Shown piece by piece: positions 8,863-18,623 of a DNA stretch of 40,594 nt (the first letter of the stretch is position 1; each line of letters starts with the position of its first letter). Below the pieces are notes generated by a model that was given only the letters and a program-made list of their open reading frames with translations, made no database searches and was not told where the DNA came from. The stretch covers positions 1 through 40,594 of IMG/VR virus record IMGVR_UViG_3300048851_000171. One strand, 5' to 3'. The position numbers were made by a program, and so were the translations under genes. Source of the DNA: a virus. Its lineage: Duplodnaviria; Caudoviricetes.

Positions 8863-9284
8863 GCCAGATCCTCATGACGGAACACGCCGCACACACGGCG
8901 CCGCAGCTGCGGATGATCGAGCGGCACAACGACGGCCGCCGTCTCGGCTTCGACATGCAGGACACGGGCGGCATCGACCATGACGCCCACATGCATTCGT
9001 TCGGCGGCTTGGCCCCGCCGGCGGCCCAGCATGAGCACGACGTCGAGGGCGCGCGCCTTCGGCACCGGCACTTCCATCTGCCATGGCGGCAGATGGCGGG
9101 CGGCTGTCATGATTTCAGCCACGCGGGCAAGGTCCGACGCGCGGATCTCGCCATAGCTCGGCAGATCGATCCCGGCACGTTCCGCGAAGACGAGCCGCAC
9201 CAGGCCCCAGCAATCGATGCCGGAGCGGTCACGCCCGTCGAAGCGGAACGGCAGGCCGACATACTCTTGCCACCACGCGCTCAT
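8859..9284 (-). CDS. NlpC/P60 tail assembly peptidase
   Basis: YVGLPF..GRDRSGIDCWGLV and HVGV..VLH motifs; ATG at 9284 overlaps the upstream stop. Confidence 0.9.
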   Translation of the reverse strand: MSAWWQEYVGLPFRFDGRDRSGIDCWGLVRLVFAERAGIDLPSYGEIRASDLARVAEIMTAARHLPPWQMEVPVPKARALDVVLMLGRRRGQAAERMHVGVMVDAARVLHVEAETAAVVVPLDHPQLRRRVCGVFRHEDLA

Positions 9285-9808
9285 CGGAACAGCGCTGGCA
9301 GAAGACCTTGCACGGCCCGCACGGACGGCCAGGGCTCCTGACTGTAATCCCACGAGGCAATGCCGGCGGCGGCCGACATGGCATCCACCTTCACGTCCAC
9401 CAGTCGCAGATGCGTGGCCTCGAACTCGCAGAACGGCGTGCCGATCGGCAGCCGGGGATGCACGCCGGCGTCCCATTCGGCAGCATCGTACAGGCGCAGC
9501 TCAAAGCGCGGCGCTGTCGAGATCGCGCGCAGTGTGTCGCCGATCAGCCGGTCGACGTTCGGCATCTCGATCGAGGCGCGCGGCGCTTCCTCGCTGTCCG
9601 TCAGCGGCACCAGGCGGAACGGGCAGCAGATATATTCCTCGCCGTCGAGCACATAGCGCCCGGCCTCCCCGTCCACGCTCAGGCTGTCGCTGACGACGCG
9701 GATGGGTTCGTCCAGATCCGGATGGCTGATGACGACGAACCACAGCGGCACGACATCGGAGTGCGGGCGCTCGATGCGCTCCCGGAAAGCCGGCGACAGA
9801 TTGCGCAT
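9281..9808 (-). CDS. DUF1833-like minor tail protein
   Basis: VISHPDLDEPIRVVSD...PF.LVP..D...PRASIEMPNVDR...EPWP pattern; synteny. Confidence 0.8.
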   Translation of the reverse strand: MRNLSPAFRERIERPHSDVVPLWFVVISHPDLDEPIRVVSDSLSVDGEAGRYVLDGEEYICCPFRLVPLTDSEEAPRASIEMPNVDRLIGDTLRAISTAPRFELRLYDAAEWDAGVHPRLPIGTPFCEFEATHLRLVDVKVDAMSAAAGIASWDYSQEPWPSVRAVQGLLPALFR

Positions 9809-9811
9809 GGT

Positions 9812-10171
9812 TTAGGGCAACCGCCGCAGCTGGAACGACAGCGTCCAGTTGAGGGCTCCAAATGGCGTCTCGGTTGGGGCCTCACCCTCGAACTTCCACA
9901 CGCAGGGAAGCCCGGTGCGGGGATGGGCCAGGGTGAACGGCGCGATCCCGTCGAACAGGGTGTCCCGGTAGAATGCCCAGAACACGTCCACGTCGACGGT
10001 CGGCAGCACGATGGAAGCATTGGCGATCGAGCCAACCGCAGTGCTCCGCCGCCGCTCCTTCGGCGCGCCCACCTCCGGCTTGAAGGTGATGACGTTGCGC
10101 TCCGGCTGTTCGCTCCAGCTGTCCCGATCAGGGGCGAACGGGATGCCAGCGGGCCATGCGGGCATGGCCAT
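9812..10171 (-). CDS. distal/minor tail protein
   Basis: WPAGIP...GAPKERRRST...FYRDTLFDGIAPF..HP pattern; immediately after the tape measure gene. Confidence 0.75.
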   Translation of the reverse strand: MAMPAWPAGIPFAPDRDSWSEQPERNVITFKPEVGAPKERRRSTAVGSIANASIVLPTVDVDVFWAFYRDTLFDGIAPFTLAHPRTGLPCVWKFEGEAPTETPFGALNWTLSFQLRRLP

Positions 10172-12270
10172 CAGACGCTCACCCGGCGCGCCAGACGCGG
10201 CTTGGCATAGCGCCCCATTTGCTTGTCGTAGTGGCCGGACCCGATGCGGCTGCCGATCCTTTCGGAGATGGCCTCGATGATGATGTCCTGGCGCAGCGAA
10301 CCGTCGGGCTGCTCCTGCGATTCCGTGCGCACTTTCACACCCGCCGCATTGTTGTGGATGTGGTTCTCGACCTTCGTTCCACCGGCCGAACCGCCGCCGC
10401 GCATGGCCGCGTCATAGGCCCGCGTCTCCGCCCGGCTCAGCACGCGCTCGCCCTTCAGGCCGACGAACGGCACCTCGTCGCCGAGCAGGCCGCCCGTGTG
10501 GTAGCGCGGCGCGTCATCGAAATAGGCCGGATGCACATAGCGCGGCGTGCCGGTCGCGCCGATCAGCGCGCCGGTGTGGCCCGTGCGTGCAGCCGTGGGC
10601 CTGATGTCCATGGGAGCCCCCGCGCCCCCGCCGAACAGGGAGCCCATGACGCTGCCGAGGAAGCCGCCGCCGCTTTCGCCTTGCTTGCCGAGCAGCGCAT
10701 CGAAGGCGCTGTTCAGAGCCAGGTCGATCAGGCGCTCGGTGATCTGATCGATCGCCTTCGTCGCGGCGTCGGCAAACGACGCCCAGAAACCCTCGCCGGC
10801 CTTCAGGCCTTCGCGGAAGGTGGATACGAAGGTGCTCATGCCTTCGCGATACGCGTCCCGGATGTCATCGAGCCGCTGCTGAGCCTCGCGGGCCTTTTCC
10901 AGCGCTTCCGCCTGGCGCGCATAGGCGGAGGATTCCTTTTCGATTTCCGCACGGCGCTCCGTGGTCAGGCCGATGCTGTCTTTGCGGGCGGCATTCTCCA
11001 GATCCATCTGCGCCGTCAGCTTCGCGGCTTCGAAGGTGGACAGTCCGACCGCGCGGGAATCCGCCTCCATGGCGGCCGTGCGATCGCGCAGGCTCTGGAT
11101 CTCGCGCTCGTAATCGGACTCGCGGGTGCGGCCCTTCTTCTTCTTTTTGTCGTCCTCGTGGAGGTTCTTCACGGCATGGCCGCTGATCGAGTCCATCCAG
11201 CGGCTGTCGAAGTCGTTCATGCCCGCGAGGCCGGCGCGATATTGCTGCTCGCGCCTGGCGTTTTCCTCAATGCGCTTTGCCGCAGCTGCCGCGCCCAGGT
11301 CGATCTTCCCTACATCGCCGGGGTCCATACCCGACAGCACCATGTCGGCCTTGGACGATTCCAGAAGCCAGTTGCCGACCTTCTCTCCGGAGATCTTGAG
11401 CAGATCCGGGATGCTGCCGAACGCCTCCCTGAGCACCGAAGCCATGTAGAGAGCGCCGCGCGCGACGTGGTTCACGACAGTGCTGAAGCCCTTGATCACC
11501 AGCTCCCACTGATCTGAGAACCACTTGGCAAGCGCCGTATCGTTCAGGTCTCCGATAAGTCCGGAGATTCCGTCGCCGATCGACTGGAACACAGCGCGGA
11601 AGGTGTCGCCAAAGCCGACACTCTCTCCGGTAGCCTCCTTGATGCGGCTGCGCAGGATGCCGATGCCGGCAGCGCTCATACCGACAACTGCGATCAACGG
11701 GGCCAGTCGCCCGATCCACGTCACTGTCGCAGCGGCCACATCACGCAGCGCCGCCTTCACTCCGCCCTCGCCACCTGCGAGGATTTGGTACACCTGCCCG
11801 CCCTGCGTGGCCATCACCTGGAACGGGCTCGAACCCGATGCCAGCATGGTCACGGCGTCGTTCAGCTGAAAGCCGAGGTTCTTCATTTCGTGCGAGGCAA
11901 GGCCGATCTTCTTCGGCGTGCTGTCCGGCACCAGATCCTCGAACCGCTTGCGAGCAAGGCCGAGCACGCGGTTGTAGTCTTCGACACCGATGGCCCCACC
12001 ATTCAGGGCCTGGTCGAGCACACGCTGCTGACGGGCGAACTGCATCTGCGCCTTTGCCGTGGCGTCAAGGCTCGCGTGAATACGGTCATAGGCACGCGCA
12101 GCAGACAGCTGGCGCCGCGAGGAGATATCCGTGACCGTCGCCGTGTTGGCGGCCGACCGTGCGATTTCGTCCTGCGCCTGGCTGAGGCCATGGAGCTGCG
12201 CCGTCACCTGCGTGACACCCTCCTGTCGAGCCTGCACGGTGACCCGCCGGATGGTCTCCACTGTCGGCAT
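10171..12270 (-). CDS. tail tape measure protein
   Basis: 699 aa Ala-rich helical; NLGFQLND..LASGSSPFQVMATQGGQ lambda-like TMP motif. Confidence 0.9.
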   Translation of the reverse strand: MPTVETIRRVTVQARQEGVTQVTAQLHGLSQAQDEIARSAANTATVTDISSRRQLSAARAYDRIHASLDATAKAQMQFARQQRVLDQALNGGAIGVEDYNRVLGLARKRFEDLVPDSTPKKIGLASHEMKNLGFQLNDAVTMLASGSSPFQVMATQGGQVYQILAGGEGGVKAALRDVAAATVTWIGRLAPLIAVVGMSAAGIGILRSRIKEATGESVGFGDTFRAVFQSIGDGISGLIGDLNDTALAKWFSDQWELVIKGFSTVVNHVARGALYMASVLREAFGSIPDLLKISGEKVGNWLLESSKADMVLSGMDPGDVGKIDLGAAAAAKRIEENARREQQYRAGLAGMNDFDSRWMDSISGHAVKNLHEDDKKKKKGRTRESDYEREIQSLRDRTAAMEADSRAVGLSTFEAAKLTAQMDLENAARKDSIGLTTERRAEIEKESSAYARQAEALEKAREAQQRLDDIRDAYREGMSTFVSTFREGLKAGEGFWASFADAATKAIDQITERLIDLALNSAFDALLGKQGESGGGFLGSVMGSLFGGGAGAPMDIRPTAARTGHTGALIGATGTPRYVHPAYFDDAPRYHTGGLLGDEVPFVGLKGERVLSRAETRAYDAAMRGGGSAGGTKVENHIHNNAAGVKVRTESQEQPDGSLRQDIIIEAISERIGSRIGSGHYDKQMGRYAKPRLARRVSV

Positions 12271-12279
12271 GGTCTCTCC

Positions 12280-12609
12280 TCACTGTTTGGCTTTGCGGCG
12301 CTGGCGCTGGTGCTCGTCCCATTCCAGATCCAGCACGCGGATGCAGCGGAGGAGGAAGGTGAAGTCGTCGCCGTCGATGCCGAACCGCGTGGCGTAACAG
12401 TCGATCGACAGGAACGGGATTGGCCCCGGCCCGTCGAAGCCGATCTGCCGGTCGGTGGACAGCTCCCGGAACGCATCCCAGAGCCATCCGAGATGCGACG
12501 GAAGCTCCGGGCGGGCCGCTATGGCTTTGGGCTCGTGGCCCGCCTCGAGCATCTCCTCGAGGAACTCGATGTGCTCGCCCCACGCCAGCTGCCAGCGCAG
12601 GGCGTTCGT
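12280..12609 (-). CDS. tail assembly chaperone C-terminal part (gpT-like; probably reached by a -1 shift from the upstream gene)
   Basis: WDAFRELSTDRQIGF.GPGPIP motif; reading frame open upstream of the ATG at 12552 into the end of the gpG-like gene. Confidence 0.7.
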   Translation of the reverse strand, partial: TNALRWQLAWGEHIEFLEEMLEAGHEPKAIAARPELPSHLGWLWDAFRELSTDRQIGFDGPGPIPFLSIDCYATRFGIDGDDFTFLLRCIRVLDLEWDEHQRQRRKAKQ

Positions 12610-13019
12610 CAGTCCTGGACGTCGGCCTCATCAGCCTCGGCGTCTTCTTCGGCAACGACGGTCGCAGCCCAAGCGACCGCCATGAGCAGGGCGTGGTAGT
12701 TCGGGTTGAACAGCAGCTCCCGAGCCTTCTCCTTCGAATATGGGATGGCTGCGTCGTCGTTGTCGGTGAGATTGCGCCAGTCGAGCAGCAGGTTCTCGAC
12801 CGCCAGCTCCGCGAGAATGCGATCCTGCGTCGCCGGGAGAAGCCCGGCCCGACGTTCCTTCTTCGGCACCGATTTCAGCAGGTTCTCCTGCATCAGCCGG
12901 TAATCCGCATTGCCCGTTCCACGCACCCGCAGATGCAGATCCTGCATCTCGGGGATCTCGGTCACCCAATCGCCCTCGTCCCGGCGAGCCGCGTTGGCAT
13001 AGGCAGCGTTGAGCTTCAC
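12609..13019 (-). CDS. tail assembly chaperone (gpG-like)
   Basis: EGDWV..LRVRG..N..Y, LLDWRNL..IPYSKEKA motifs; between tail tube and TMP. Confidence 0.8.
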   Translation of the reverse strand: MKLNAAYANAARRDEGDWVTEIPEMQDLHLRVRGTGNADYRLMQENLLKSVPKKERRAGLLPATQDRILAELAVENLLLDWRNLTDNDDAAIPYSKEKARELLFNPNYHALLMAVAWAATVVAEEDAEADEADVQD

Positions 13020-13186
13020 GTGCGCTTCTCCTTGGTCTCGGCAACAGCCTCGCGGGCGTGCCCCTTTGCGATGACGAGGTCGGCGTATTCGTTCGACAGT
13101 TCGGGCTCCTCGCCCTTGGCGAAGTCCCGCTTGCTCTTGCCATTCGGATAGCCGGTGAACGGTTCGAGGATGTGGACGGTCTTCAT
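13016..13186 (-). CDS. small hypothetical phage protein
   Basis: 56 aa MKTVHILEPFTGYPNG..., coupled by 4-nt overlaps on both sides. Confidence 0.7.
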   Translation of the reverse strand: MKTVHILEPFTGYPNGKSKRDFAKGEEPELSNEYADLVIAKGHAREAVAETKEKRT

Positions 13187-14112
13187 GCCACAGCCCTCGT
13201 GATCTTCACCGAGCAGGCCTCGGTGGTGTCGAAGACGGCACGCCACGGAATGGAGACCATCACGTCATCGGTGTTCCCGCCGATCTGGCGGGCACCGTCG
13301 CCGAAGATGATCTTCGGGAAGGCGATCGTGTACTTCTTGTTCGCAGCTGCGCCGATGGTGGCGGTCAGCGAGCCGCCGCCATGGTCGAGCACCTTCTGGT
13401 AAAGCTCGTTGCTCTCGAAATACGCCTCCAGCGTGCCCGTCACCTCGCATCGGCCGGTGCCAAATTCCTCGGTATAGAGCGAGCCGACCACGGGCCGCGT
13501 GCGCAGGCCGTTGTTCACCTCGAAGTTGAGGCGCGACATGCGCGCCGGAGTGGCCAAGCCGGCCACGGCCAGCGCCAGCACGTGCGAGGAGGAGTTCATC
13601 ACCTGCTCGGCGGATGCGGCCGTGTAGGTGGCCCCTGCGACGATGGCATTGGCGAGAACTTCCTTCTGCCCCATCAGGCCGAAGGAGCCGGTGACGATCC
13701 CGCGCCGCTCGATCGCCAGGGCCATGGTGTTGACCATGACGCCGGTGAACCGGGAGAAGCTGTCCGTGGCGCCGAGCTCGAGCGTCTCCTCGAAGGTGAA
13801 GCTCTTGCGGGTGGTGCCGTTCTTCAAGACGTTGCCCGTCCATGTGCCGAACAGGGCGGCCTCGATCAGGTCATCGAAGCTGCCATAGCTCATCTCGAAC
13901 GGAAGAGAGCCCGACACATCCTGGCCGAGCATGATCTCGTCGGCGACGTTGCGATCGGCGCGCAGCTCATTCGACGTGGCCGTCGTCTTGCTGGTGCGCA
14001 GGCCGCCGCCCGTCACACGGCTGGTGCTGAAGGTGGGCGTGGCCGGCGTCGTGCCGAACGTTGCCTCTACGACGCGCGCAATTCGCGCCTCGCTGCTGGA
14101 AGCGAAGGCCAT
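13183..14112 (-). CDS. major tail tube protein
   Basis: E.TFGTTP..P, SNELRADR, VTGTLEAYF motifs; synteny. Confidence 0.85.
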   Translation of the reverse strand: MAFASSSEARIARVVEATFGTTPATPTFSTSRVTGGGLRTSKTTATSNELRADRNVADEIMLGQDVSGSLPFEMSYGSFDDLIEAALFGTWTGNVLKNGTTRKSFTFEETLELGATDSFSRFTGVMVNTMALAIERRGIVTGSFGLMGQKEVLANAIVAGATYTAASAEQVMNSSSHVLALAVAGLATPARMSRLNFEVNNGLRTRPVVGSLYTEEFGTGRCEVTGTLEAYFESNELYQKVLDHGGGSLTATIGAAANKKYTIAFPKIIFGDGARQIGGNTDDVMVSIPWRAVFDTTEACSVKITRAVA

Positions 14113-14144
14113 CAGCCTCTCCTATGTGTGGGGTTGCCCGGCCT

Positions 14145-14552
14145 TCAGCCGAGATAGTCGTGTGCGTAAGGCACGATGAACGACAGGCCGTAGAACATGC
14201 CCTTGTCGTTATCGTTGTCGATCGTCGGCGAGCTGGGCGCCTCGGTGCGCACGCCGTCGAAGTGCTTGCCGCGAAACAGGTCCGCGATTTCATCGGCCCA
14301 CGCCATTGCTTCCGGCGCGCCGCCTTCTTTCCGGCCCGTAATCACGAAGCGGATAGTGCCCTCCGTCCGCCAGACATTGCTGCCCGGCGAGCCGATAGAC
14401 ATCTGCCCCGACGACGAGGTCGGATACTGGACCGTGACGAAGGCGTCGCCCTTTTCACGCGCCTGTTTAACGATGGCGCCGATGATGGGCAGTGCCGTGA
14501 AGCCGGCCGCGAGGTAGTTCTCAACGGCTGTCGCCAGTGCAACGCTCGGCAT
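14145..14552 (-). CDS. tail terminator-like protein
   Basis: 135 aa, ADEIADLFRGK motif; directly before the tail tube gene. Confidence 0.7.
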   Translation of the reverse strand: MPSVALATAVENYLAAGFTALPIIGAIVKQAREKGDAFVTVQYPTSSSGQMSIGSPGSNVWRTEGTIRFVITGRKEGGAPEAMAWADEIADLFRGKHFDGVRTEAPSSPTIDNDNDKGMFYGLSFIVPYAHDYLG

Positions 14553-14560
14553 GGCGCCCC

Positions 14561-15157
14561 CTAGATCCTGATGACGATGGCAGGCTGCCGCGTTTCCGGA
14601 TCTTTCGCATCGCCCGCCAGGGTGCGGTAGGTGAACCGGATGCGCGCCAGGTTGCCGAACTTCTTCGCCGCCATCACGGCGACGGCTTCATAGACACCGT
14701 CAGGCGCCTGCGGAGACTGCCCGCGCTCGATCTTGCGCGCATAGGGCTCCACATTGGCGAACACCCACTCCGACGCATCCGGCGAGAGCACGCCGTCAGG
14801 AATCTCGACGCCATCGGCAAGAAAAATGTGCCCCTTGCTGTAGCGCCCGGTGAGAACAGGCGAATGCGCCACCAGCTGCGCCCTGATCCACTCGAACAGA
14901 TCCTGCAGCAGCGCGAACTCGAAAACGATTGTGCCGTCCGGCTTTACAGCGAGGAAGGTTTCGGCCCGCGCACCATCCACAAAGGTCTCGTGCGGCGGCA
15001 CCCGTCCGAGCACCCTGGCATTCTGCTGCTGGGCATCCACCAGCGCCCCACGCGCGAACTCAACCAGTTTGTCGCGGCGCGCTTCCGGCGCCAGTTCCTC
15101 GCCGATGATGACAGCGATGTCGCGGTCGATCGGTTCGACCTTCGTCCGGACGCTCAC
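14561..15157 (-). CDS. neck/tail completion protein (HK97 gp10-like)
   Basis: SPVLTGRY...N..PYARKIERG.S.QAPDGVY motifs. Confidence 0.75.
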   Translation of the reverse strand: MSVRTKVEPIDRDIAVIIGEELAPEARRDKLVEFARGALVDAQQQNARVLGRVPPHETFVDGARAETFLAVKPDGTIVFEFALLQDLFEWIRAQLVAHSPVLTGRYSKGHIFLADGVEIPDGVLSPDASEWVFANVEPYARKIERGQSPQAPDGVYEAVAVMAAKKFGNLARIRFTYRTLAGDAKDPETRQPAIVIRI

Positions 15158-15471
15158 TCGCCGCGTGCCACGATCTCATAGGCGATCAGCTCGCCGGCCA
15201 CGCGCCTGGTGCTGTCGTCCACGGCCTCGATGTTCAGCTCCTCGCCGCGCACGATGATCGTGTCGCCACTTGCCGGGACGACGCTCAGGCCGTCGGCCAG
15301 CAGGATGACCTTGCGGTCGCCTTGCTGGATCGCACCAGTAAGCTCCTCCGGCTTGAAGCCGGTCACCCTCGCGCGTCCCGCCGATTCCGTGCCGCCGCTG
15401 CGGATGGTGACATCCTCGCCATGCGAGGCAAATTGCCGGTCGTACATGGCGCGAGCTGCTGCCGGCGTCAT
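15154..15471 (-). CDS. head closure / head-tail joining protein
   Basis: 105 aa, GAIQQGDRKVI motif; synteny. Confidence 0.7.
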   Translation of the reverse strand: MTPAAARAMYDRQFASHGEDVTIRSGGTESAGRARVTGFKPEELTGAIQQGDRKVILLADGLSVVPASGDTIIVRGEELNIEAVDDSTRRVAGELIAYEIVARGE

Positions 15472-16079
15472 ACGCGGGGCACCTTGAAGGTGCGCAGCAA
15501 TCCCTCTGCCGTCTTGCGGATGGCTTCCGCCGCGGCATCAGGCAACGCGAAATCCATCCTGCCGACACCCTCGACTGTCTCGCTGCGGAGAGCGGAGGAT
15601 GCTCCAAAGATCGTCTTCAGCTGAGCGGCCATCATGATGATGGCGACGCGGATCGGCTCCGGCAGGGTCACTGCGGTCCAGCCTGCGCGATAGCGGATCC
15701 GGGCGCCGCGCGCTTGCGGCCAGGCAAATCCAGAGCGCAAAGCAACCGTGTTGGCCAGAAGCTCGTAGCTGCTGGCATCAAGGGTCTGCTCGTCATCACC
15801 AAGCGGGCCATACTTTATGCTGGTGATGCCTGTGGCCGTCAGCAGCGGCAGTCGGATCAGGCATCCTCCAACCGAATAGAAGCTCGGCAGCGTAAGCTCC
15901 AGCTCCTGATGGCCCACGGCCCGGTTCAGCGATCCGTAAGGACCGTCGATCGAGCCCTGGGCCGCCTTCAGGAGCATGGAGATGTAAGCGTCGTCGTCAG
16001 CCTCCGAGAAGACACGGAGGGCCCGGGCTTGCGCAGGGGTGACCACAAGTTCGGGCGTGTTGACGACGACGAGAGACAT
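15468..16079 (-). CDS. head-tail connector/adaptor
   Basis: DDAYISMLLKAA...RIRYRAGW...PEPIRVAIIMMA motifs; after the capsid gene. Confidence 0.8.
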   Translation of the reverse strand: MSLVVVNTPELVVTPAQARALRVFSEADDDAYISMLLKAAQGSIDGPYGSLNRAVGHQELELTLPSFYSVGGCLIRLPLLTATGITSIKYGPLGDDEQTLDASSYELLANTVALRSGFAWPQARGARIRYRAGWTAVTLPEPIRVAIIMMAAQLKTIFGASSALRSETVEGVGRMDFALPDAAAEAIRKTAEGLLRTFKVPRV

Positions 16080-16081
16080 GC

Positions 16082-16360
16082 TCAGCGCTGAGCCTTCAGG
16101 TTCTGCTCGACAGCTTCCTGACCGCCGAGCTTGGGATCGTTGAAGTCGATCCGGTTGCTCTCCACCGGCACGCCAGCGCGGGGATTGTTGTCGACAGCCG
16201 GGTGCTCCACCGGAACATCGGCGACCGCGGCGGGCTCCTGGATGGCGCCGGATGCCTCGATGTCGGAAGCAGCGGCGGGCTGGATCTGGGACGGAGCAGA
16301 CGAGCTGGCGGCGGCGGGTTTGCTGGCGGCCTTGGCTGTCTTGGTGGGATCGGTGGACAT
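16082..16360 (-). CDS. hypothetical Ala/Pro-rich protein after the capsid gene
   Basis: 92 aa ORF with GGAG RBS. Confidence 0.7.
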   Translation of the reverse strand: MSTDPTKTAKAASKPAAASSSAPSQIQPAAASDIEASGAIQEPAAVADVPVEHPAVDNNPRAGVPVESNRIDFNDPKLGGQEAVEQNLKAQR

Positions 16361-16376
16361 GGATGCTTCTCCAGTG

Positions 16377-16403
16377 AAAAGAGCCGGGCTGATTGCCCGG
16401 CTC
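16377..16403 (-). terminator. intrinsic terminator after the major capsid gene
   Basis: GAGCCGGGC-N5-GCCCGGCTC then TTTT. Confidence 0.75.
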
Positions 16404-16423
16404 GCTGCGGAGGAAAGTGCGGC

Positions 16424-17701
16424 TTAAGCCGCTTTGACCTGAAGAGCCCGCATGGGCTCGGGATTGTGCACGCCGCCGCCAACGCGCTTCGTCGTGTAGA
16501 AGTGCACGAAGGGCTTGTTGGTGTAGGGGTCACGCAGGACGCGGATGCCGACCCGGTCAACGACCAGGTAGGTGGCTTCCATGTCGCCGTAGAGTGCGGC
16601 GATGTTGTTGGCCGCCACGTTCGGCATGTCGGGCACTTCCACGATGGACTCGCCGCCCATGGTAGCGGGCTGACCAGCCGCGAAGGACGGCTGCCACAGG
16701 TAATTGCCCTGTCCGTCCTTCAGCTTGCGCCCTTCGCGCTGCGCAAAGCGGCTCATGAAGAGCTTGGCGTTCGCGCGGTACACGGCCGGCAGGTCATAGA
16801 ACAGGTTGATGAACCCATCGGCCGTCAGAGCTGCGGCCGCACCGCTGGCGACCACACCAATCGCTCCCCACGGGTGGCGAGCGGCGTTCGCGGCGCCCGT
16901 GACATAGGAGAGGACGCCATAGGGCTTGTTGACGCCGTCGCCTGAAACAAAGGCAATGCCTTCCTGCCGGGCGAACTCGGTGTCGACTTCACTGGCAAGC
17001 CACTGCTCGAGGTCAACTGCGGCATCGTCCAGCAGCTGCTGGGAGATTGCCGGGTTCGCGTAGATCTCGCCCGGGATGAAGTCCAGCTGCCCGATCTGGG
17101 GGGTGCTGGTCGTCGGACGGGCCGCCGTCTCCCCGACCCAGCCGGAGCCGACCGCTCGATCGCTGAAGAACTTCTTGAACCCTGCGGTCGTGATGTTCTG
17201 CACGCGAGCATTGGCGCGAATGGGCGAGATCACCTTGAGCTTGCCGGTGATTGTGCGGTCCCACTCCACCGGGGCAAGGAACCCGCCGTCAGCGTCGGAA
17301 CCCTTCGTCATGGCCGCCGCCACGTCGGCCGGCGCCTTGTCGCCCTTGCGCATGTGCGCCTTGAACGCCTGCACATATTCGGGGTCGGCCGGCAGATCGC
17401 CGATGACGCCGGTGCCGAGATTGGCCGCGGCGATCTTGGCGTTCATGTCATCGACGATGCCCTGGAAGTTCTCGATGGCGGCATCGATCTTCCCGAGCTT
17501 GTCGGTGACGACCACGTCTTCAGCCTTGGCCTTAAGCTTGTCGTCGTGGGTCTTCTTGAATTCCTCGAACGCTGCCTGCAGCTGCGCAATGGCAGCCTGC
17601 GGAGAGTTGGCATCGGCCCGAGGGCGAGCATGGGCAACGGCGCGCGGAATCGGAGCGAGCGCCGTCGCGGCCAGAAGGCTGGCCGGGGTAACGTGTTTCA
17701 T
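16424..17701 (-). CDS. major capsid protein, HK97 family
   Basis: DGGFLAP, WVGET, ISQQLLDD, DGVNKPYG, LKDGQGNYLWQP, RVGGGV motifs. Confidence 0.95.
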   Translation of the reverse strand: MKHVTPASLLAATALAPIPRAVAHARPRADANSPQAAIAQLQAAFEEFKKTHDDKLKAKAEDVVVTDKLGKIDAAIENFQGIVDDMNAKIAAANLGTGVIGDLPADPEYVQAFKAHMRKGDKAPADVAAAMTKGSDADGGFLAPVEWDRTITGKLKVISPIRANARVQNITTAGFKKFFSDRAVGSGWVGETAARPTTSTPQIGQLDFIPGEIYANPAISQQLLDDAAVDLEQWLASEVDTEFARQEGIAFVSGDGVNKPYGVLSYVTGAANAARHPWGAIGVVASGAAAALTADGFINLFYDLPAVYRANAKLFMSRFAQREGRKLKDGQGNYLWQPSFAAGQPATMGGESIVEVPDMPNVAANNIAALYGDMEATYLVVDRVGIRVLRDPYTNKPFVHFYTTKRVGGGVHNPEPMRALQVKAA

Positions 17702-17710
17702 GATTGGCTC

Positions 17711-18622
17711 TCAGTCTTTGAGGGTCGAAATCAGCCCGGAGATCCCGGACCAGTCTTCGGCAGCGCCCGGCGTGCCTTCGAGAGCAGCGCCTGGCGTGCT
17801 CTTGATCTTGTTGATGCGAGCGCGCGCATCCGTGCGCGACATGCCCGCCGAAACCAGCTGTAGCTCCATGGCTCGCAGTTCGTTGACGCTGCGGTCCGCG
17901 GCTTTCGCGTCGTCGTCGGTCTTCATGGCGTCGGCCGGCAGAAGCGCGTCAGCGAAGCCGCGCTCGATGGCCTGCGTGCCGGACATGAAGGTTTCGGCGT
18001 CCATCCAGCGGGAGACGGCTTTGGCATCCTGCCCGGTACGGGCCGCATAGAGGTCAGTCATCGCCTGATCGAACGGAGCAAGCCATTCCGCCGTCTCCGC
18101 CATGTCATGGCGGTTGCCGATAGCGACGACCCAGCAGTTATGGATCATCACGAAAGATGCGGCGCCGATTTCGATCCGGTCACCGGCCATGGCGATGATC
18201 GAGGCGGCAGAGGCCGCCATGCCCATCACCTTGACCGTGATCTCCTGCGGATGCTCCCGCAGCACATTGAAGATCGCGATGCCCTCGAACATGTCGCCGC
18301 CAGGCGAATTGATCTGCACCTCGACGGGACGGTCTCCGATCGCGCGAAGCTGAGCTGCCACCTTCTTTGCAGTCACGCCGCCGCCCGACCAAAAGTCCTC
18401 GCCCACCGTGTCGAACATGGTGATGACGTTGTCGCCACCAGCAAGCGCTCGAACGCCAGCCGCATCTTCCGACCAACGGTCAAACACCTCCGGCTTTGTG
18501 AAGGCGTGCACGTCCTGCCGCACGGGCAAGGGCATGGCGCCGGGCCGCGCGGCAGCCATCACGCGCGGAGTGCGGGTGCCGGGCTGCGTCCCAGTTCCCG
18601 GGCGCGGGATCGGAGATGTCAC
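17711..18622 (-). CDS. ClpP-type prohead protease
   Basis: INSPGGDMFEG, AASAAS, MIHN, ETFM motifs; start uncertain (GTG 18622 or ATG 18559). Confidence 0.9.
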   Translation of the reverse strand: MTSPIPRPGTGTQPGTRTPRVMAAARPGAMPLPVRQDVHAFTKPEVFDRWSEDAAGVRALAGGDNVITMFDTVGEDFWSGGGVTAKKVAAQLRAIGDRPVEVQINSPGGDMFEGIAIFNVLREHPQEITVKVMGMAASAASIIAMAGDRIEIGAASFVMIHNCWVVAIGNRHDMAETAEWLAPFDQAMTDLYAARTGQDAKAVSRWMDAETFMSGTQAIERGFADALLPADAMKTDDDAKAADRSVNELRAMELQLVSAGMSRTDARARINKIKSTPGAALEGTPGAAEDWSGISGLISTLKD

Positions 18623-18623
18623 G

